Assembly (NCBI GenBank): GCA_041689125.1
Contig: JBDNGV010000396.1
Span: 1 to 39,837, forward strand
Length of the DNA: 39,837 bases
Source of the DNA: Daejeonella sp.
GTDB lineage: Bacteria; Bacteroidota; Bacteroidia; Sphingobacteriales; Sphingobacteriaceae
Direction of reading: 5' to 3'
Below the pieces are notes generated by a model. It was given only the letters and a program-made list of their open reading frames with translations. It was not told the DNA's origin and ran no database searches. Both the position numbers and the translations under genes were made by a program. Shown here one piece after another: positions 9,396 to 19,884 of the stretch. Numbering within the stretch: the stretch's first letter is position 1; every line of letters begins with the position of its first letter.

Positions 9396-10166
9396 ATGAA
9401 CCGACTTAATAAATTATTTCAAAATAAAAAGGAACCTCTTTTATCAATTTACTTTACTGCAGGATATCCGCGTTTGGATAGTACTTTGGATATTGCTGAA
9501 GCGGTAGAAAAGGCCGGTGCTGATTTTATGGAAATTGGATTTCCTTATTCAGATCCATTGGCTGATGGACCTGTGATTCAAAACAGCTCACATGAGGCTC
9601 TGCAAAATGGCATGAATCTGAAAGTTCTATTTGAACAATTAAAAGATTTGCGTAAACGTATATCTATCCCGGTTTTATTAATGGGTTATGTCAATCCGGT
9701 AATGCAATATGGTGTTGGTAATTTTTGCGATTCATGTGCTGCGGTTGGTGTTGATGGGGTAATCGTGCCTGATCTTCCCATGTATGAATATGAAAATCTG
9801 TATAAGGATAATTTTTTAAAGAATAATCTAAGTAATATTTTTCTGGTTACACCTCAGACTTCGGATGAACGTATTCGGAAAATTGATGAACTCAGTAATG
9901 GATTTATTTACCTGCTTTCCTCTTCTTCAACAACAGGTAAAAACCTGACAGTTTCCAATGAGGCAGATGCTTACTTTTCGCGGATCAAGAAAATGAATCT
10001 TAAAAATCCGACGATGATAGGATTCGGTATTTCTGACGTAAAAAGTTTTAATAAAGCGGCTGAATATACCCGTGGTGCAATTGTAGGTAGCGCTTTTGTG
10101 AAGTTTTTGGACACAGAAAATGCAATGGAAAGAATTCCTGAATTTATGAGGTCAATCCGTCCTTAA
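9396..10166 (+). CDS. trpA: Tryptophan synthase alpha subunit (alternative start 9390)
   Basis: YFTAGYP, EIGFPYSDPLADGPVIQ, VPDLP, GFGI, IVGSA. Confidence 0.97.
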   Translation: MNRLNKLFQNKKEPLLSIYFTAGYPRLDSTLDIAEAVEKAGADFMEIGFPYSDPLADGPVIQNSSHEALQNGMNLKVLFEQLKDLRKRISIPVLLMGYVNPVMQYGVGNFCDSCAAVGVDGVIVPDLPMYEYENLYKDNFLKNNLSNIFLVTPQTSDERIRKIDELSNGFIYLLSSSSTTGKNLTVSNEADAYFSRIKKMNLKNPTMIGFGISDVKSFNKAAEYTRGAIVGSAFVKFLDTENAMERIPEFMRSIRP

Positions 10167-10424
10167 ATTTGCTAATATCTTTTTTATTAGTTTATTATTT
10201 TTTAAACCTCAAAGTTTGCTCTAAAACCTCATTGGTCAGTTATTTTCTTACATAAGTTGAGTATTTTCCATTGCATTAAATTTTGATTTATGGTAAAAGA
10301 AATTGTCTTTTTTGAGAGTCTAATTTCTTGCATAATAAAACATTTTCTTTTTTGATAAAAGCATTGAGTTCTGTACATTGTAAAGATAAATTTTTTAAAA
10401 AAAGTTTTTAGAGAAATTCATATC

Positions 10425-11708
10425 ATGGAATTACTAATCATCACCATTTTTATTATCGGGTACGCTGCGATCGCTTTTGAGCATCCCATAAGGATCAATA
10501 AAACGGCAAGCGCATTACTCACCGGAGTATTATGCTGGGTAGTCTATATCATGAGCGCGACAGATACAGGAATTGTTTCGGCAGAGCTCTATGAACATTT
10601 AGGGCAGATATCGGGGATTTTGTTCTTTTTATTGGGGGCAATGACTATTGTTGAACTGATTGATGCTCATGACGGATTTGATGTAATAACGGCAAAAATT
10701 AAAACTTCTGATCAGCTAAAATTGCTATGGATCATCAGTATCATTACCTTTTTTCTTTCAGCGGTACTCGATAACCTGACTACTACTATCGTGATGGTTT
10801 CATTGTTGAGAAAGCTGATCAGTGAAAAGAAGACCAGAATGTTTTTTGTAAGTATGGTTGTGCTGGCCGCTAATGCAGGTGGTGCATGGTCGCCAATCGG
10901 GGATGTTACTACTACCATGTTGTGGATTGGAGGCCAGATAACTTCCGGTAGTATCATTCTCCATCTAATCTTGCCAAGTTTGGTTTGTTTGATCGTTCCA
11001 CTTATCATCCTTTCTTTTTCTATGAAGGGAAAAGTAAGTAAGCCGGATATTGTTGAAAGCACTCATATTGAAAAAACCACTACCTTTGAGAGGGGACTCG
11101 TATTGAGCCTAGGGATCGGAGCCCTTGTATTTGTTCCGTTCTTTAAAACTATTACCCATCTTCCACCATTTATGGGAATGTTATTTGGTCTGGCAATACT
11201 CTGGATTGTTACCGAATTTATACATAAGAATAAAAATGATGCCGATAAGGATGCCTACTCAGTGATGCAGGCATTAAGAAAGGCCGATGTACCAAGTGTA
11301 CTTTTTTTCCTAGGGATCCTTGTTGCTATTTCAGCTTTGGAATCCACTCATCAGCTACAGTATCTGGCTCAATGGTTAGATGCAAAGATTGGTAACCTGG
11401 ATCTCATTGTAATTTCAATAGGCCTCATGTCATCTATTGTGGATAATGTTCCTTTAGTTGCTGCCGGTATGGGTATGTATGATATGGTGACTTATCCAAC
11501 CAATCATTATTTTTGGACTTTTCTGGCCTATTGCGCCGGTGTGGGAGGTAGCTGTCTTATTATCGGATCTGCAGCGGGCGTGGCGGCAATGGGTATGGAA
11601 AAAATAGATTTCCTCTGGTATTTTAAGAATGTTTCCTGGCTCGCTCTGATCGGTTATCTTGCCGGAGCTAGTATATTTATGTTGCAGCATTATCTTTTAA
11701 ACTTTTAA
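10425..11708 (+). CDS. nhaD: Na+/H+ antiporter NhaD
   Basis: FLSAVLDNLTTTI, AANAGGAWSPIGDVTTTMLW, SSIVDNVPLVA, IIGSAAGVAAMG. Confidence 0.93.
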   Translation: MELLIITIFIIGYAAIAFEHPIRINKTASALLTGVLCWVVYIMSATDTGIVSAELYEHLGQISGILFFLLGAMTIVELIDAHDGFDVITAKIKTSDQLKLLWIISIITFFLSAVLDNLTTTIVMVSLLRKLISEKKTRMFFVSMVVLAANAGGAWSPIGDVTTTMLWIGGQITSGSIILHLILPSLVCLIVPLIILSFSMKGKVSKPDIVESTHIEKTTTFERGLVLSLGIGALVFVPFFKTITHLPPFMGMLFGLAILWIVTEFIHKNKNDADKDAYSVMQALRKADVPSVLFFLGILVAISALESTHQLQYLAQWLDAKIGNLDLIVISIGLMSSIVDNVPLVAAGMGMYDMVTYPTNHYFWTFLAYCAGVGGSCLIIGSAAGVAAMGMEKIDFLWYFKNVSWLALIGYLAGASIFMLQHYLLNF

Positions 11709-11843
11709 GCTTCCTATTAGCGGGCTAACGTGTACCCACAAGTGTTTATTTTATTTTGAACAACCGACCCTGAAGGAGTCTGTCTACCTGCTTGGATTTT
11801 ATTTAAAATAACGTCCACTGAATAATTATTCATAAATTTAAGC

Positions 11844-12029
11844 ATGAAGGTCATTTTGCTCTCTATTGTTCTTTTAGCCATTGCTTTTGCCGGCATTGCC
11901 ATTAAAATATTATTGAAAAAGAATGGTAAATTCTCTGGAACCTGCAGCAGTAATAACCCTTTATTACAAAATGAAGCCGGGGCTTGCAGCATTTGTGGTG
12001 CAAGTCGGGAAGAAAAGTGCAAATCCTAA
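11844..12029 (+). CDS. Small single-TM protein with four Cys, NqrM-like
   Basis: Hydrophobic N-terminal helix, basic linker, SGTC...CSIC...C; converges on apbE/nqr. Confidence 0.7.
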   Translation: MKVILLSIVLLAIAFAGIAIKILLKKNGKFSGTCSSNNPLLQNEAGACSICGASREEKCKS

Positions 12030-13030
12030 TTAACGTGTTTTATCTTGTTTTTAAGACTTTCGGATGTAAAGGTTTTCCAAAGTCCGTTCTCATCGTAAAT
12101 GAAATATACTTCCAGATTCAGGTCTTTATTCTCATTCAGGAATTGTTTGGATCGCAGTAAACCCATCACCATAAAGGAAGTTGCATAGGCGTCTGCAGTT
12201 ATTGCGTCATCAGCCAGTACGCTTGCGCTCAAAATATTTTGCCTGACGGGATATCCGGTATGTGGATCAAGAATATGCGCATATCTTTTTCCATCCTCTT
12301 CATAAAACTTTCGATAATTTCCGGAGGTGCACAAAGCTCTGTTATCTAGCTCTATAATCGCTTCAAGCTTCCTTTCAGATGAGGTACTTTGAAGCGGCTG
12401 ATCTATACCAACTTTCCATTTTTCCTTGTTTTTTTTGCCTTTGGCGATAAGTTCACCGCCGAGTTCTACCAGATAATTCTTGATTCCTCTTTTATCAAAG
12501 TAAGACGCCAATACATCCACCGAATATCCCTGTGCAATGGCATTGAAATCAAGCTGTATTCCTTTCTTTTCCTTAATGACTCGATTCCCATCGAGCTTAA
12601 GCATTTTATAATTCACATATTGAAGGATGCTATCAATTCGGGTACTGTTTATACTTGTTTTTTTTGTAAAACCAAATCCCCAAGCATTCGCAAGCGGACC
12701 CACAGTTACATCAAAAAGTCCTGCGGTTCTATTCGAGACTTCCATTGATTTGTTGAATACATCAATAAAATACTGATCAGGAAGTGCGTTTAAATCATTA
12801 TTGTTGATCTTGGAAATAATTGATCCAGTGAGGTAAGTAGAAAGTGACTGATCAATATCCTTTAAGATAGAATCAATGTCTCGTTTATAATTAACTGTAT
12901 CTTCAGATAAATAGGAAATATGCCAAGTTGTTCCCTGAGCCTCTCCATCGATTTTAACTAATTTCTTATTTTCGGATTTACATCCTGAAAAAACAATGAT
13001 GCCTAAAATGATTTGGATAAGGACTTTCAT
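12026..13030 (-). CDS. apbE: FAD:protein FMN transferase (lipoprotein)
   Basis: Lipobox FSGC, FDVTVGPL..WGFG, DFNAIAQGY, TSGNYRKF, HILDP, ADAYAT; directly follows nqrF. Confidence 0.95.
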   Translation of the reverse strand: MKVLIQIILGIIVFSGCKSENKKLVKIDGEAQGTTWHISYLSEDTVNYKRDIDSILKDIDQSLSTYLTGSIISKINNNDLNALPDQYFIDVFNKSMEVSNRTAGLFDVTVGPLANAWGFGFTKKTSINSTRIDSILQYVNYKMLKLDGNRVIKEKKGIQLDFNAIAQGYSVDVLASYFDKRGIKNYLVELGGELIAKGKKNKEKWKVGIDQPLQSTSSERKLEAIIELDNRALCTSGNYRKFYEEDGKRYAHILDPHTGYPVRQNILSASVLADDAITADAYATSFMVMGLLRSKQFLNENKDLNLEVYFIYDENGLWKTFTSESLKNKIKHVN

Positions 13031-13038
13031 TCCAATTA

Positions 13039-14310
13039 TTATCCTCCAAAATCATCAAATGCAATACTTTCAGGTGGAACACCCAAATCATCCAGCATTT
13101 TAAATACCGCTGCATTCATCATTGGCGGTCCGCAGATATAATATTCAAGGTCTTCAGGTGCAGGGTGATTTTTGAGATAGTTTTCAAAGAGTACATTGTG
13201 TATAAAACCGGTATAACCTGTCCAATTGTCTTCTGCAAGTGGCTCTGAAAGTGCAATATTGTACTGAAAATTTGAAAATTCTTTTTCTATGGTTCTGAAA
13301 TGTTCGGTATAAAAGATCTCTCTTGATGACCGGCCGCCATACCAGAAACTTACTTTTCTATCCCTTTCTTTCTTGGTATGGAAAAGATGGAATAAATGTG
13401 AACGAAGCGGAGCCATTCCTGCACCTCCTCCGATATATATCATCTCTTTTTTTGTTGGCTTAATATGAAAATCACCAAAAGGACCTGCAATTGTTATCTT
13501 ATCTCCTGGTTTAAGTGAAAATACGAAGGATGAGCATATTCCAGGATTTAAATCCATGAACTTTCCTGCCTGCCTGTCGAATGGAGGAGTAGCAAGCCTG
13601 ATATTGAGCATGATTATGTTCCCTTCTGCAGGATGGTTGGCCATTGAATAGGCGCGAAAAATTGGTTCTGGATTTTTCATGCGAAGATCCCAAATCTTGA
13701 ATTTGTCATAATCATCCTGAAAGCGATCATCAATTTTATACAGATCTCTTTTAAAATCAATTTCACAATCTGGAACATCAATTTGGATATAGCAGCCTGA
13801 TTGGAACTTTAGAAATTCACCTTCCGGTAGTTTTACTACCAGTTCTTTAATATATGTTGCAACATTATCATTTGAAACTACTTCGCATTCCCATTTTTTT
13901 ATACCAAAAATCTCTTCAGGAATTTTAATTTCCATATCCTGTTTCACTTTCACCTGACAGCCTAAGCGCCAGTTTTCCTGCTGCTCTTTTCTTGTGAAAT
14001 AGGGTGTTTCTGTGCTTAATATTGTTCCGCCTCCTGATAATACCTGACACCTGCACATCGCGCAGGTTCCACCACCTCCACATGCTGAAGGCAGGAATAT
14101 TTTCTTATTGGATAAGGTTGTTAGTAAGCTTGATCCGGCTTCTGTTTCAATATCTTCCTCTCCATTGATCGTTATTTTTACTAGTCCTGTAGGCATCAGT
14201 TTTTCTTTTGCCAAAAGGATAATATAAACAAGCAATAAATTGAACATTAAAAATACGACGATACTGGAAATGATCGTTGTGGTTTCAGGGGATATAATAA
14301 TCAAGTTCAT
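13039..14310 (-). CDS. nqrF: Na+-NQR subunit F
   Basis: [34 protein letters not shown]-terminal DDFGG. Confidence 0.98.
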   Translation of the reverse strand: MNLIIISPETTTIISSIVVFLMFNLLLVYIILLAKEKLMPTGLVKITINGEEDIETEAGSSLLTTLSNKKIFLPSACGGGGTCAMCRCQVLSGGGTILSTETPYFTRKEQQENWRLGCQVKVKQDMEIKIPEEIFGIKKWECEVVSNDNVATYIKELVVKLPEGEFLKFQSGCYIQIDVPDCEIDFKRDLYKIDDRFQDDYDKFKIWDLRMKNPEPIFRAYSMANHPAEGNIIMLNIRLATPPFDRQAGKFMDLNPGICSSFVFSLKPGDKITIAGPFGDFHIKPTKKEMIYIGGGAGMAPLRSHLFHLFHTKKERDRKVSFWYGGRSSREIFYTEHFRTIEKEFSNFQYNIALSEPLAEDNWTGYTGFIHNVLFENYLKNHPAPEDLEYYICGPPMMNAAVFKMLDDLGVPPESIAFDDFGG

Positions 14311-14315
14311 CGTAA

Positions 14316-14930
14316 TTATAATTTAATTCCCATAAAGCTCATGAAACCAATCGCCATAAGTCCTGTTATAATGAAGGTTATCCCTAATCCTCTCAGCGGA
14401 TCCGGAATATTTGAATACCGAAGTTTTTCACGAATTGCCGAAAGAGCGACAATTGCCAAGAACCATCCTACACCCGAGCCAAAAGCAAAAACTGTTGCTT
14501 CGCCTAAAGTTGCATATTCTCTTTCTTGCATAAATAAGGCTCCACCTAATATGGAGCAGTTTACTGCAATAAGCGGCAGGAAAATACCTAGGCTTGCATA
14601 CAAGGCAGGTGCAAACTTTTCGACTACCATCTCAACTAACTGAACAATTGAAGCAATTGTAGCGATGAACATAATAAAACTCAGGAAACTGAGATCAACA
14701 GTGGCAAAGTCTGTTGATAACCATGCTAAAGCACCGGCTTTGAGCACAAATTTCTCCAATAAATAGCAAATTGGAACTGCAACAGATAGAACGAATATAA
14801 CAGCCATTCCAAGACCTACAGCACTTTTTACCGTTTTTGAAATTGCCAAATAAGAGCACATGCCCAGAAAATAGGCAAAGATCATGTTCTCTACAAAAAC
14901 AGCTTTAATAAACAGGTTTACATGTTCCAT
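14316..14930 (-). CDS. nqrE: Na+-NQR subunit E
   Basis: [30 protein letters not shown]. Confidence 0.97.
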   Translation of the reverse strand: MEHVNLFIKAVFVENMIFAYFLGMCSYLAISKTVKSAVGLGMAVIFVLSVAVPICYLLEKFVLKAGALAWLSTDFATVDLSFLSFIMFIATIASIVQLVEMVVEKFAPALYASLGIFLPLIAVNCSILGGALFMQEREYATLGEATVFAFGSGVGWFLAIVALSAIREKLRYSNIPDPLRGLGITFIITGLMAIGFMSFMGIKL

Positions 14931-14938
14931 GAAATTTT

Positions 14939-15619
14939 TTATTTAGCCTCAATTAATTTTTTATTTCTGCTTCGTTGTACCCAGATAATTATTCCAACAA
15001 CAATCAGTGCCATTGGGGGCATAATTACTAGTCCGTTATCAAAATACCCCATTTCATAAGCTATTTCCGGAATTATTCTAAAACCCATAAGCTCACCTGA
15101 ACCAAGTAATTCTCTGATTATGGATACGATTACGAGAATTACGCCATAGCCAAGACCATTGCCAATACCATCAATAAAAGAGGGCCAGGGTTTATTTGCC
15201 ATCGCAAAAGCTTCTAACCTACCCATTACTATGCAATTGGTGATGATTAATCCAACAAATACTGAAAGCTGTTTACTTACATCATAAACAAAGGCCTTTA
15301 AAAACTGATCGACTAAAATTACCATGGCCGCAACTACGGCTAACTGCACAATGATCCGGATCCTGTTAGGAATAATATTTCTAATAATTGAAATTATGAG
15401 ACTTGAAAATGCAGTTACAACCACTACAGCAAGAGCCATTACAATGGAGGGTTGCATTTTAACAGTAACTGCAAGGGCTGAACAAATTCCTAATACCTGT
15501 ACAGTTATTGGATTGCTGTTATTTAAGGGGTCATAAAGAAGCCTTTTATTTTTAGGAGAAAATAAAGGCTCTTTTATGCTTTTAACCTTTTCAGGGGCTG
15601 TACTTATTTCATTGCTCAT
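14939..15619 (-). CDS. nqrD: Na+-NQR subunit D
   Basis: NPITVQVLGICSALAVT, GLIITNCIVMGR. Confidence 0.97.
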   Translation of the reverse strand: MSNEISTAPEKVKSIKEPLFSPKNKRLLYDPLNNSNPITVQVLGICSALAVTVKMQPSIVMALAVVVVTAFSSLIISIIRNIIPNRIRIIVQLAVVAAMVILVDQFLKAFVYDVSKQLSVFVGLIITNCIVMGRLEAFAMANKPWPSFIDGIGNGLGYGVILVIVSIIRELLGSGELMGFRIIPEIAYEMGYFDNGLVIMPPMALIVVGIIIWVQRSRNKKLIEAK

Positions 15620-16367
15620 TGTTCTGGTATTTAGTTCTATATTCTGATGTTCGAGTATTTATCCTTTTGAAATAGGGGATATAATTGCTCAAGGTTCTTT
15701 GAAGCATTTCTGAAACCCCATCACTGGTTATCGTTGCACCTGAAACAGCATCAACACCATGCGGATTTGTTGAACCTGTACTTCCCTTAATTACTTTTAC
15801 AGATACAAAGTTCCCTTCATTATCCAGGATTTTTTTTCCTTTAAATTTCTCTTGGAATCTTCCGGTCTCAATTTCAGCACCAAGACCCGGTGTTTCACTT
15901 TTATGGCCAAAACTTACACCATTCACAGTGTTCATATCCTCTTCCAAGGCAATAAAACCCCATATTGGCCCCCATAATCCTTTTCCTCTTACCGGAATGA
16001 TATAAAAGGTTTTGTTTTCTTTCTCACACACAAACAATGGGAATAGCTCTTTATCTTGATTACCAGTCTTTGCTTTGTCCAGTTCCTTTTTCAAATCAAT
16101 ATCAAATGCGGCAGTTCCTCCCGTTACAGGTTCTCCTTTAGTGTTCAATACAATTTGCCCGGTGATGAACTTTGAGAAACTTTTCTCTGCATCATCAGAA
16201 GTACTGTTAATTCCGACACTGCTTAAAATATTTTCCATTTTTTCAATCCGGGTATTGCGTGCCTGATAAGGCCCCAGAACGATAGCCGCTACAGACAACA
16301 TGATGGCAATAACTATCACCATAACAGATGAAAACAGAAAAGTAGCTTTATTGCTGTCTTTATGCAT
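15609..16367 (-). CDS. nqrC: Na+-NQR subunit C
   Basis: GKGLWG, ETPGLG, flavinylation motif DAVSGATIT. Confidence 0.97.
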   Translation of the reverse strand: MHKDSNKATFLFSSVMVIVIAIMLSVAAIVLGPYQARNTRIEKMENILSSVGINSTSDDAEKSFSKFITGQIVLNTKGEPVTGGTAAFDIDLKKELDKAKTGNQDKELFPLFVCEKENKTFYIIPVRGKGLWGPIWGFIALEEDMNTVNGVSFGHKSETPGLGAEIETGRFQEKFKGKKILDNEGNFVSVKVIKGSTGSTNPHGVDAVSGATITSDGVSEMLQRTLSNYIPYFKRINTRTSEYRTKYQNNEQ

Positions 16368-17532
16368 TTTGCTTAATTATGGATCTTTCTAACCTTCTTT
16401 TAATATTTGCAGCCACTATATAATGGTCAATAAGTGGTGCCATAACATTCATAAATAAAATGGATAACATCATTCCTTCGGGGTAGGCAGGATTAAATAC
16501 CCTGAACATGATAGCAAATAATCCAATCAGGAATCCATAAATGTATTTGCCGGTATTGGTTTGAGCCCCGCTAACCGGATCGGTAGCCATGAAAATAGCC
16601 CCAAAGGCGAAGCCCCCTAAAACCAGGTGATGAACGGGATTAATTTGCATAAGCGTATTAAGCCCGAAGAAATTAAAAACTAGAGCCATTAAAAACCCAC
16701 CAACAAATACAGATAACATAATTCTCCAACTCCCTATTCCAGTAAATAAAAGTAATGCTGCCCCTATCAGACATGCGAGTGTAGATGTTTCACCAACAGA
16801 ACCCGGGATAATACCGATGAAAGAATCCCATATTCCCGGAATTTTATCGGCCAATCCAGCAGCGGCATCGCCTAGTGGTGTAGCTCCACTAAAACCGTCA
16901 ACTACTTCTTTCCCTTTTTCTGAATCCGTATTTATCCATACTTCATTTCCTGAAATTTTGGTAGGATAAGCAAAAAAGAGGAATGCCCGTGCGGTCAATG
17001 CCGGATTCAGGATATTCATTCCGGTGCCACCAAAAACTTCTTTCCCAATAATTACTGCAAAAACTGTGGATACTGCAACCATCCACAAAGGAACGTCAAC
17101 CGGCATCACCAGCGGGATTAGCATTCCGGAAACCAAAAAACCTTCATTGATGGTATGTTTACGGATGATCGCGAAAATGAACTCTACTGCTAAGCCCGAG
17201 GTGTATGAAACAATGACCAGTGGAATCACTTTTACAGCACCAAAACCAAAATTATCCATGAATGAGGCATCTGAAATTCCAAAGGCCAAGTGATGCTGAA
17301 AACCTACGTTCCACATGCCGAAAAGAAGGCAGGGTACCAATGATAAAATAACCAATACCATGGTGCGTTTCAGATCAATTGCATCTCTTACATGAGCTCC
17401 TTTTGAAGCTGTTGTATGATCCGGAACAAAAAGGAAGGTCTCAAATGCGTTGAAGGCCGGGTAGAATTTTTCAAGTTTTCCGCCTTTCTCAAAGTCAGGC
17501 TTTAGCTTATCCAATAATTTTCTAAGTAGCAT
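16360..17532 (-). CDS. nqrB: Na+-NQR subunit B
   Basis: HVRDAIDLKRTM, KEVFGGTG, DGFSGATPL, FMATDP, YPEG. Confidence 0.97.
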   Translation of the reverse strand: MLLRKLLDKLKPDFEKGGKLEKFYPAFNAFETFLFVPDHTTASKGAHVRDAIDLKRTMVLVILSLVPCLLFGMWNVGFQHHLAFGISDASFMDNFGFGAVKVIPLVIVSYTSGLAVEFIFAIIRKHTINEGFLVSGMLIPLVMPVDVPLWMVAVSTVFAVIIGKEVFGGTGMNILNPALTARAFLFFAYPTKISGNEVWINTDSEKGKEVVDGFSGATPLGDAAAGLADKIPGIWDSFIGIIPGSVGETSTLACLIGAALLLFTGIGSWRIMLSVFVGGFLMALVFNFFGLNTLMQINPVHHLVLGGFAFGAIFMATDPVSGAQTNTGKYIYGFLIGLFAIMFRVFNPAYPEGMMLSILFMNVMAPLIDHYIVAANIKRRLERSIIKQNA

Positions 17533-17695
17533 CAAGTTAAATTATTTTAGGATAATCTTTGGCTTCTTGCCTAAATTATCGGATTCAAACTTATTTCTTA
17601 TGAACTAATAGCTATCGTATAATTAAGCTTCGGAATGTATATTTTTGATCTGTTTAGTATCTATTTGAGGATCTTTTTAATCTATTTTTTCTTTT

Positions 17696-19054
17696 TTAAT
17701 TCAATTCTTTTTGAATGATTTCAATTCCACGTTTAATTATTTCCTGTGATTTAATCTTTGAAGTGCAAACAAACTCACAAAGCGCAAAGTCTTCTTCCAC
17801 CACTTCATAAATGCCAAGTTGCTCCATCATTTCAATATCTTCAATCAATATCGATTTTAATAGTTGAACCGGATAAATATCCATAGGGAATACCTTTTCA
17901 TATTGACCGGTTACTACAAATGGTCGTTCTTCACCATGTAGGTTGGTATTTAAATTGTATTTTTTGTTGGAATTCAGCCATGAAAAAAAGCTACGCGACA
18001 TACTGAATTTATCTAGTCCTGGTGCCAACCATCCCATAAATTCAGATTCTCTACCTTCTGGAATAACAGTGATTTGTGAATCGAAATAACCTAAAAATCC
18101 ATCTTCCTGAATTTGATTGCCCGATAAAACATTTCCACTTATGATTCTATTCTCTCCAGTTTTTAGTCCGCCATCCTTAAGAATATTTTTTACTGAACTT
18201 CCGATTACAGTTTTATAGTATTTAGGATGTGAAACCTGGGAACCGGTCAGGGCAATAATTCTCGTGGCATCGTATTTGCCATCCGAAAATAGTTTTCCAA
18301 TAATTAGAACATCCTGTGGATTTACATACCATACCACCTCACCCTTATTTACTGGGTCAATGTGATGGATCTGAACACCAATATTTCCGGCTGGATGTGG
18401 ACCTGAAAATTTGTTGAGAATAACTCCTTTGGAATTCTTAAATATGGATGTTGCTTCTTTTGATCCATCTATATTTAAGTGAATATTTCCATTTGTTAAT
18501 TTGGTTAAGGCATTCAAGCCTGTTTGGAAAGTTTCTTCATGAACTCCCTGCATTATAAAATCAATGTCAGGTGCAAGTGGATTGCTGTCAAAAGCAGATA
18601 TAAAGATGGATTTCGGTGTTTCCGAAGGATTTGCAATAATTCCAAATGGCCGCTGGCGTATGAAGGGCCACAAACCATAATTTAATAATGCTTGAATGAT
18701 ATCTTCCCTGCTTAATTCAGCAGGATTTGACTTATCAATTTCAAGATATTTAATTTCTTTATCTGCCAGTATTTTTATCTCCAGTATTTTTCGCTTTTCA
18801 CCACGACGTACTTCGATAATTTCTCCACTAACAGGAGAACTGAATTTGAGCGATTCATTGTTTTTGTCAAAAAACAGGATGCTTCCTGCTAAAACTTCGT
18901 CGCCTTCACTTAATAGCAATTTTGGAGTAACTCCCGGAAAATCGGAAGGTTTTATTGCAAATACTTCAGCTAATGGAAGTTTTGACAATTGTTTATTGGC
19001 TTCTCCGGTAAGCCGAATATTTAAGCCATTTTTTATTTTAATATATTCCGGCAT
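17696..19054 (-). CDS. nqrA: Na+-NQR subunit A
   Basis: SPVSG, RGEKR, GPHPAG, EEDFALCEFVCTSK. Confidence 0.97.
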   Translation of the reverse strand: MPEYIKIKNGLNIRLTGEANKQLSKLPLAEVFAIKPSDFPGVTPKLLLSEGDEVLAGSILFFDKNNESLKFSSPVSGEIIEVRRGEKRKILEIKILADKEIKYLEIDKSNPAELSREDIIQALLNYGLWPFIRQRPFGIIANPSETPKSIFISAFDSNPLAPDIDFIMQGVHEETFQTGLNALTKLTNGNIHLNIDGSKEATSIFKNSKGVILNKFSGPHPAGNIGVQIHHIDPVNKGEVVWYVNPQDVLIIGKLFSDGKYDATRIIALTGSQVSHPKYYKTVIGSSVKNILKDGGLKTGENRIISGNVLSGNQIQEDGFLGYFDSQITVIPEGRESEFMGWLAPGLDKFSMSRSFFSWLNSNKKYNLNTNLHGEERPFVVTGQYEKVFPMDIYPVQLLKSILIEDIEMMEQLGIYEVVEEDFALCEFVCTSKIKSQEIIKRGIEIIQKELN

Positions 19055-19411
19055 ACAGTAAAATTTAAAACAACTTGAATTGTAATTTGAATCTTATTGG
19101 TCTCCTGATTATGATTTTGGGCTTAGCAAATCATTTATTAAAACATGGATCTATCTACTTATGGTCAATTTGCAATATACATTATATTTAATAAGAAAGA
19201 AATTTTATCATCTTAAAATCTATTCTTTATCAAAAATTTATTATGTTTAATAAAAAATGAGCAGTATCCTTTTCAATTTTTCTTATTAAAATCGCCCTAT
19301 TGACACCATAAATTAAGAATACTCTTACAGAGCTTACATGAAAGAGCGATTAAATTGCGTTTAGAATATTACCTTTTTATATAGGATTATACATTCAAAA
19401 AAACAATTTTT

Positions 19412-19843
19412 ATGGGAGCAGTCAGCAAAATTTTAGAGAGGAAAGGTAATTTTATCTTTTCTATTTCTCCAGACACAAGTGTTTTTCAGGCGCTTGAAAT
19501 TATGGTAGATAAAAATGTCAGTGCCCTTCTGGTAACAGAAGCCGATAAACTAATTGGGATATTTTCTGAGAAAGATTACGCACGTAAAGTTATTCTAAAA
19601 GGGAAAGCATCGAAGCAGACCAAGATCAGAGAGATCATGTCAGATAGTGTCATTTTCGTAGCACCCGAAAATTCCATCGATCATTGTATGCAATTAATGA
19701 CAACTAAATTCATTAGGCATTTGCCTGTTGTCTCAGAAGAGAAATTAGTTGGGATTATATCAATTGGGGATGTGGTAAAACATATTATAGAAGAGCAAAA
19801 GTTTATTATTGAAAATATGGAACAATATATTGCAGGTCAATAG
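19412..19843 (+). CDS. Stand-alone CBS-pair protein
   Basis: IGIFSEKDYARKV, IRHLPV, GIISIGDVVK. Confidence 0.92.
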   Translation: MGAVSKILERKGNFIFSISPDTSVFQALEIMVDKNVSALLVTEADKLIGIFSEKDYARKVILKGKASKQTKIREIMSDSVIFVAPENSIDHCMQLMTTKFIRHLPVVSEEKLVGIISIGDVVKHIIEEQKFIIENMEQYIAGQ

Positions 19844-19884
19844 TTGTTATATGCTTTTAGGTTGATAACAAGAATATATTCAGG

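Noticed and set aside
11717-12022. 101-aa minus-strand ORF just after apbE
   Set aside because: Antisense to the better-supported TM plus four-Cys ORF and has no protein-like features
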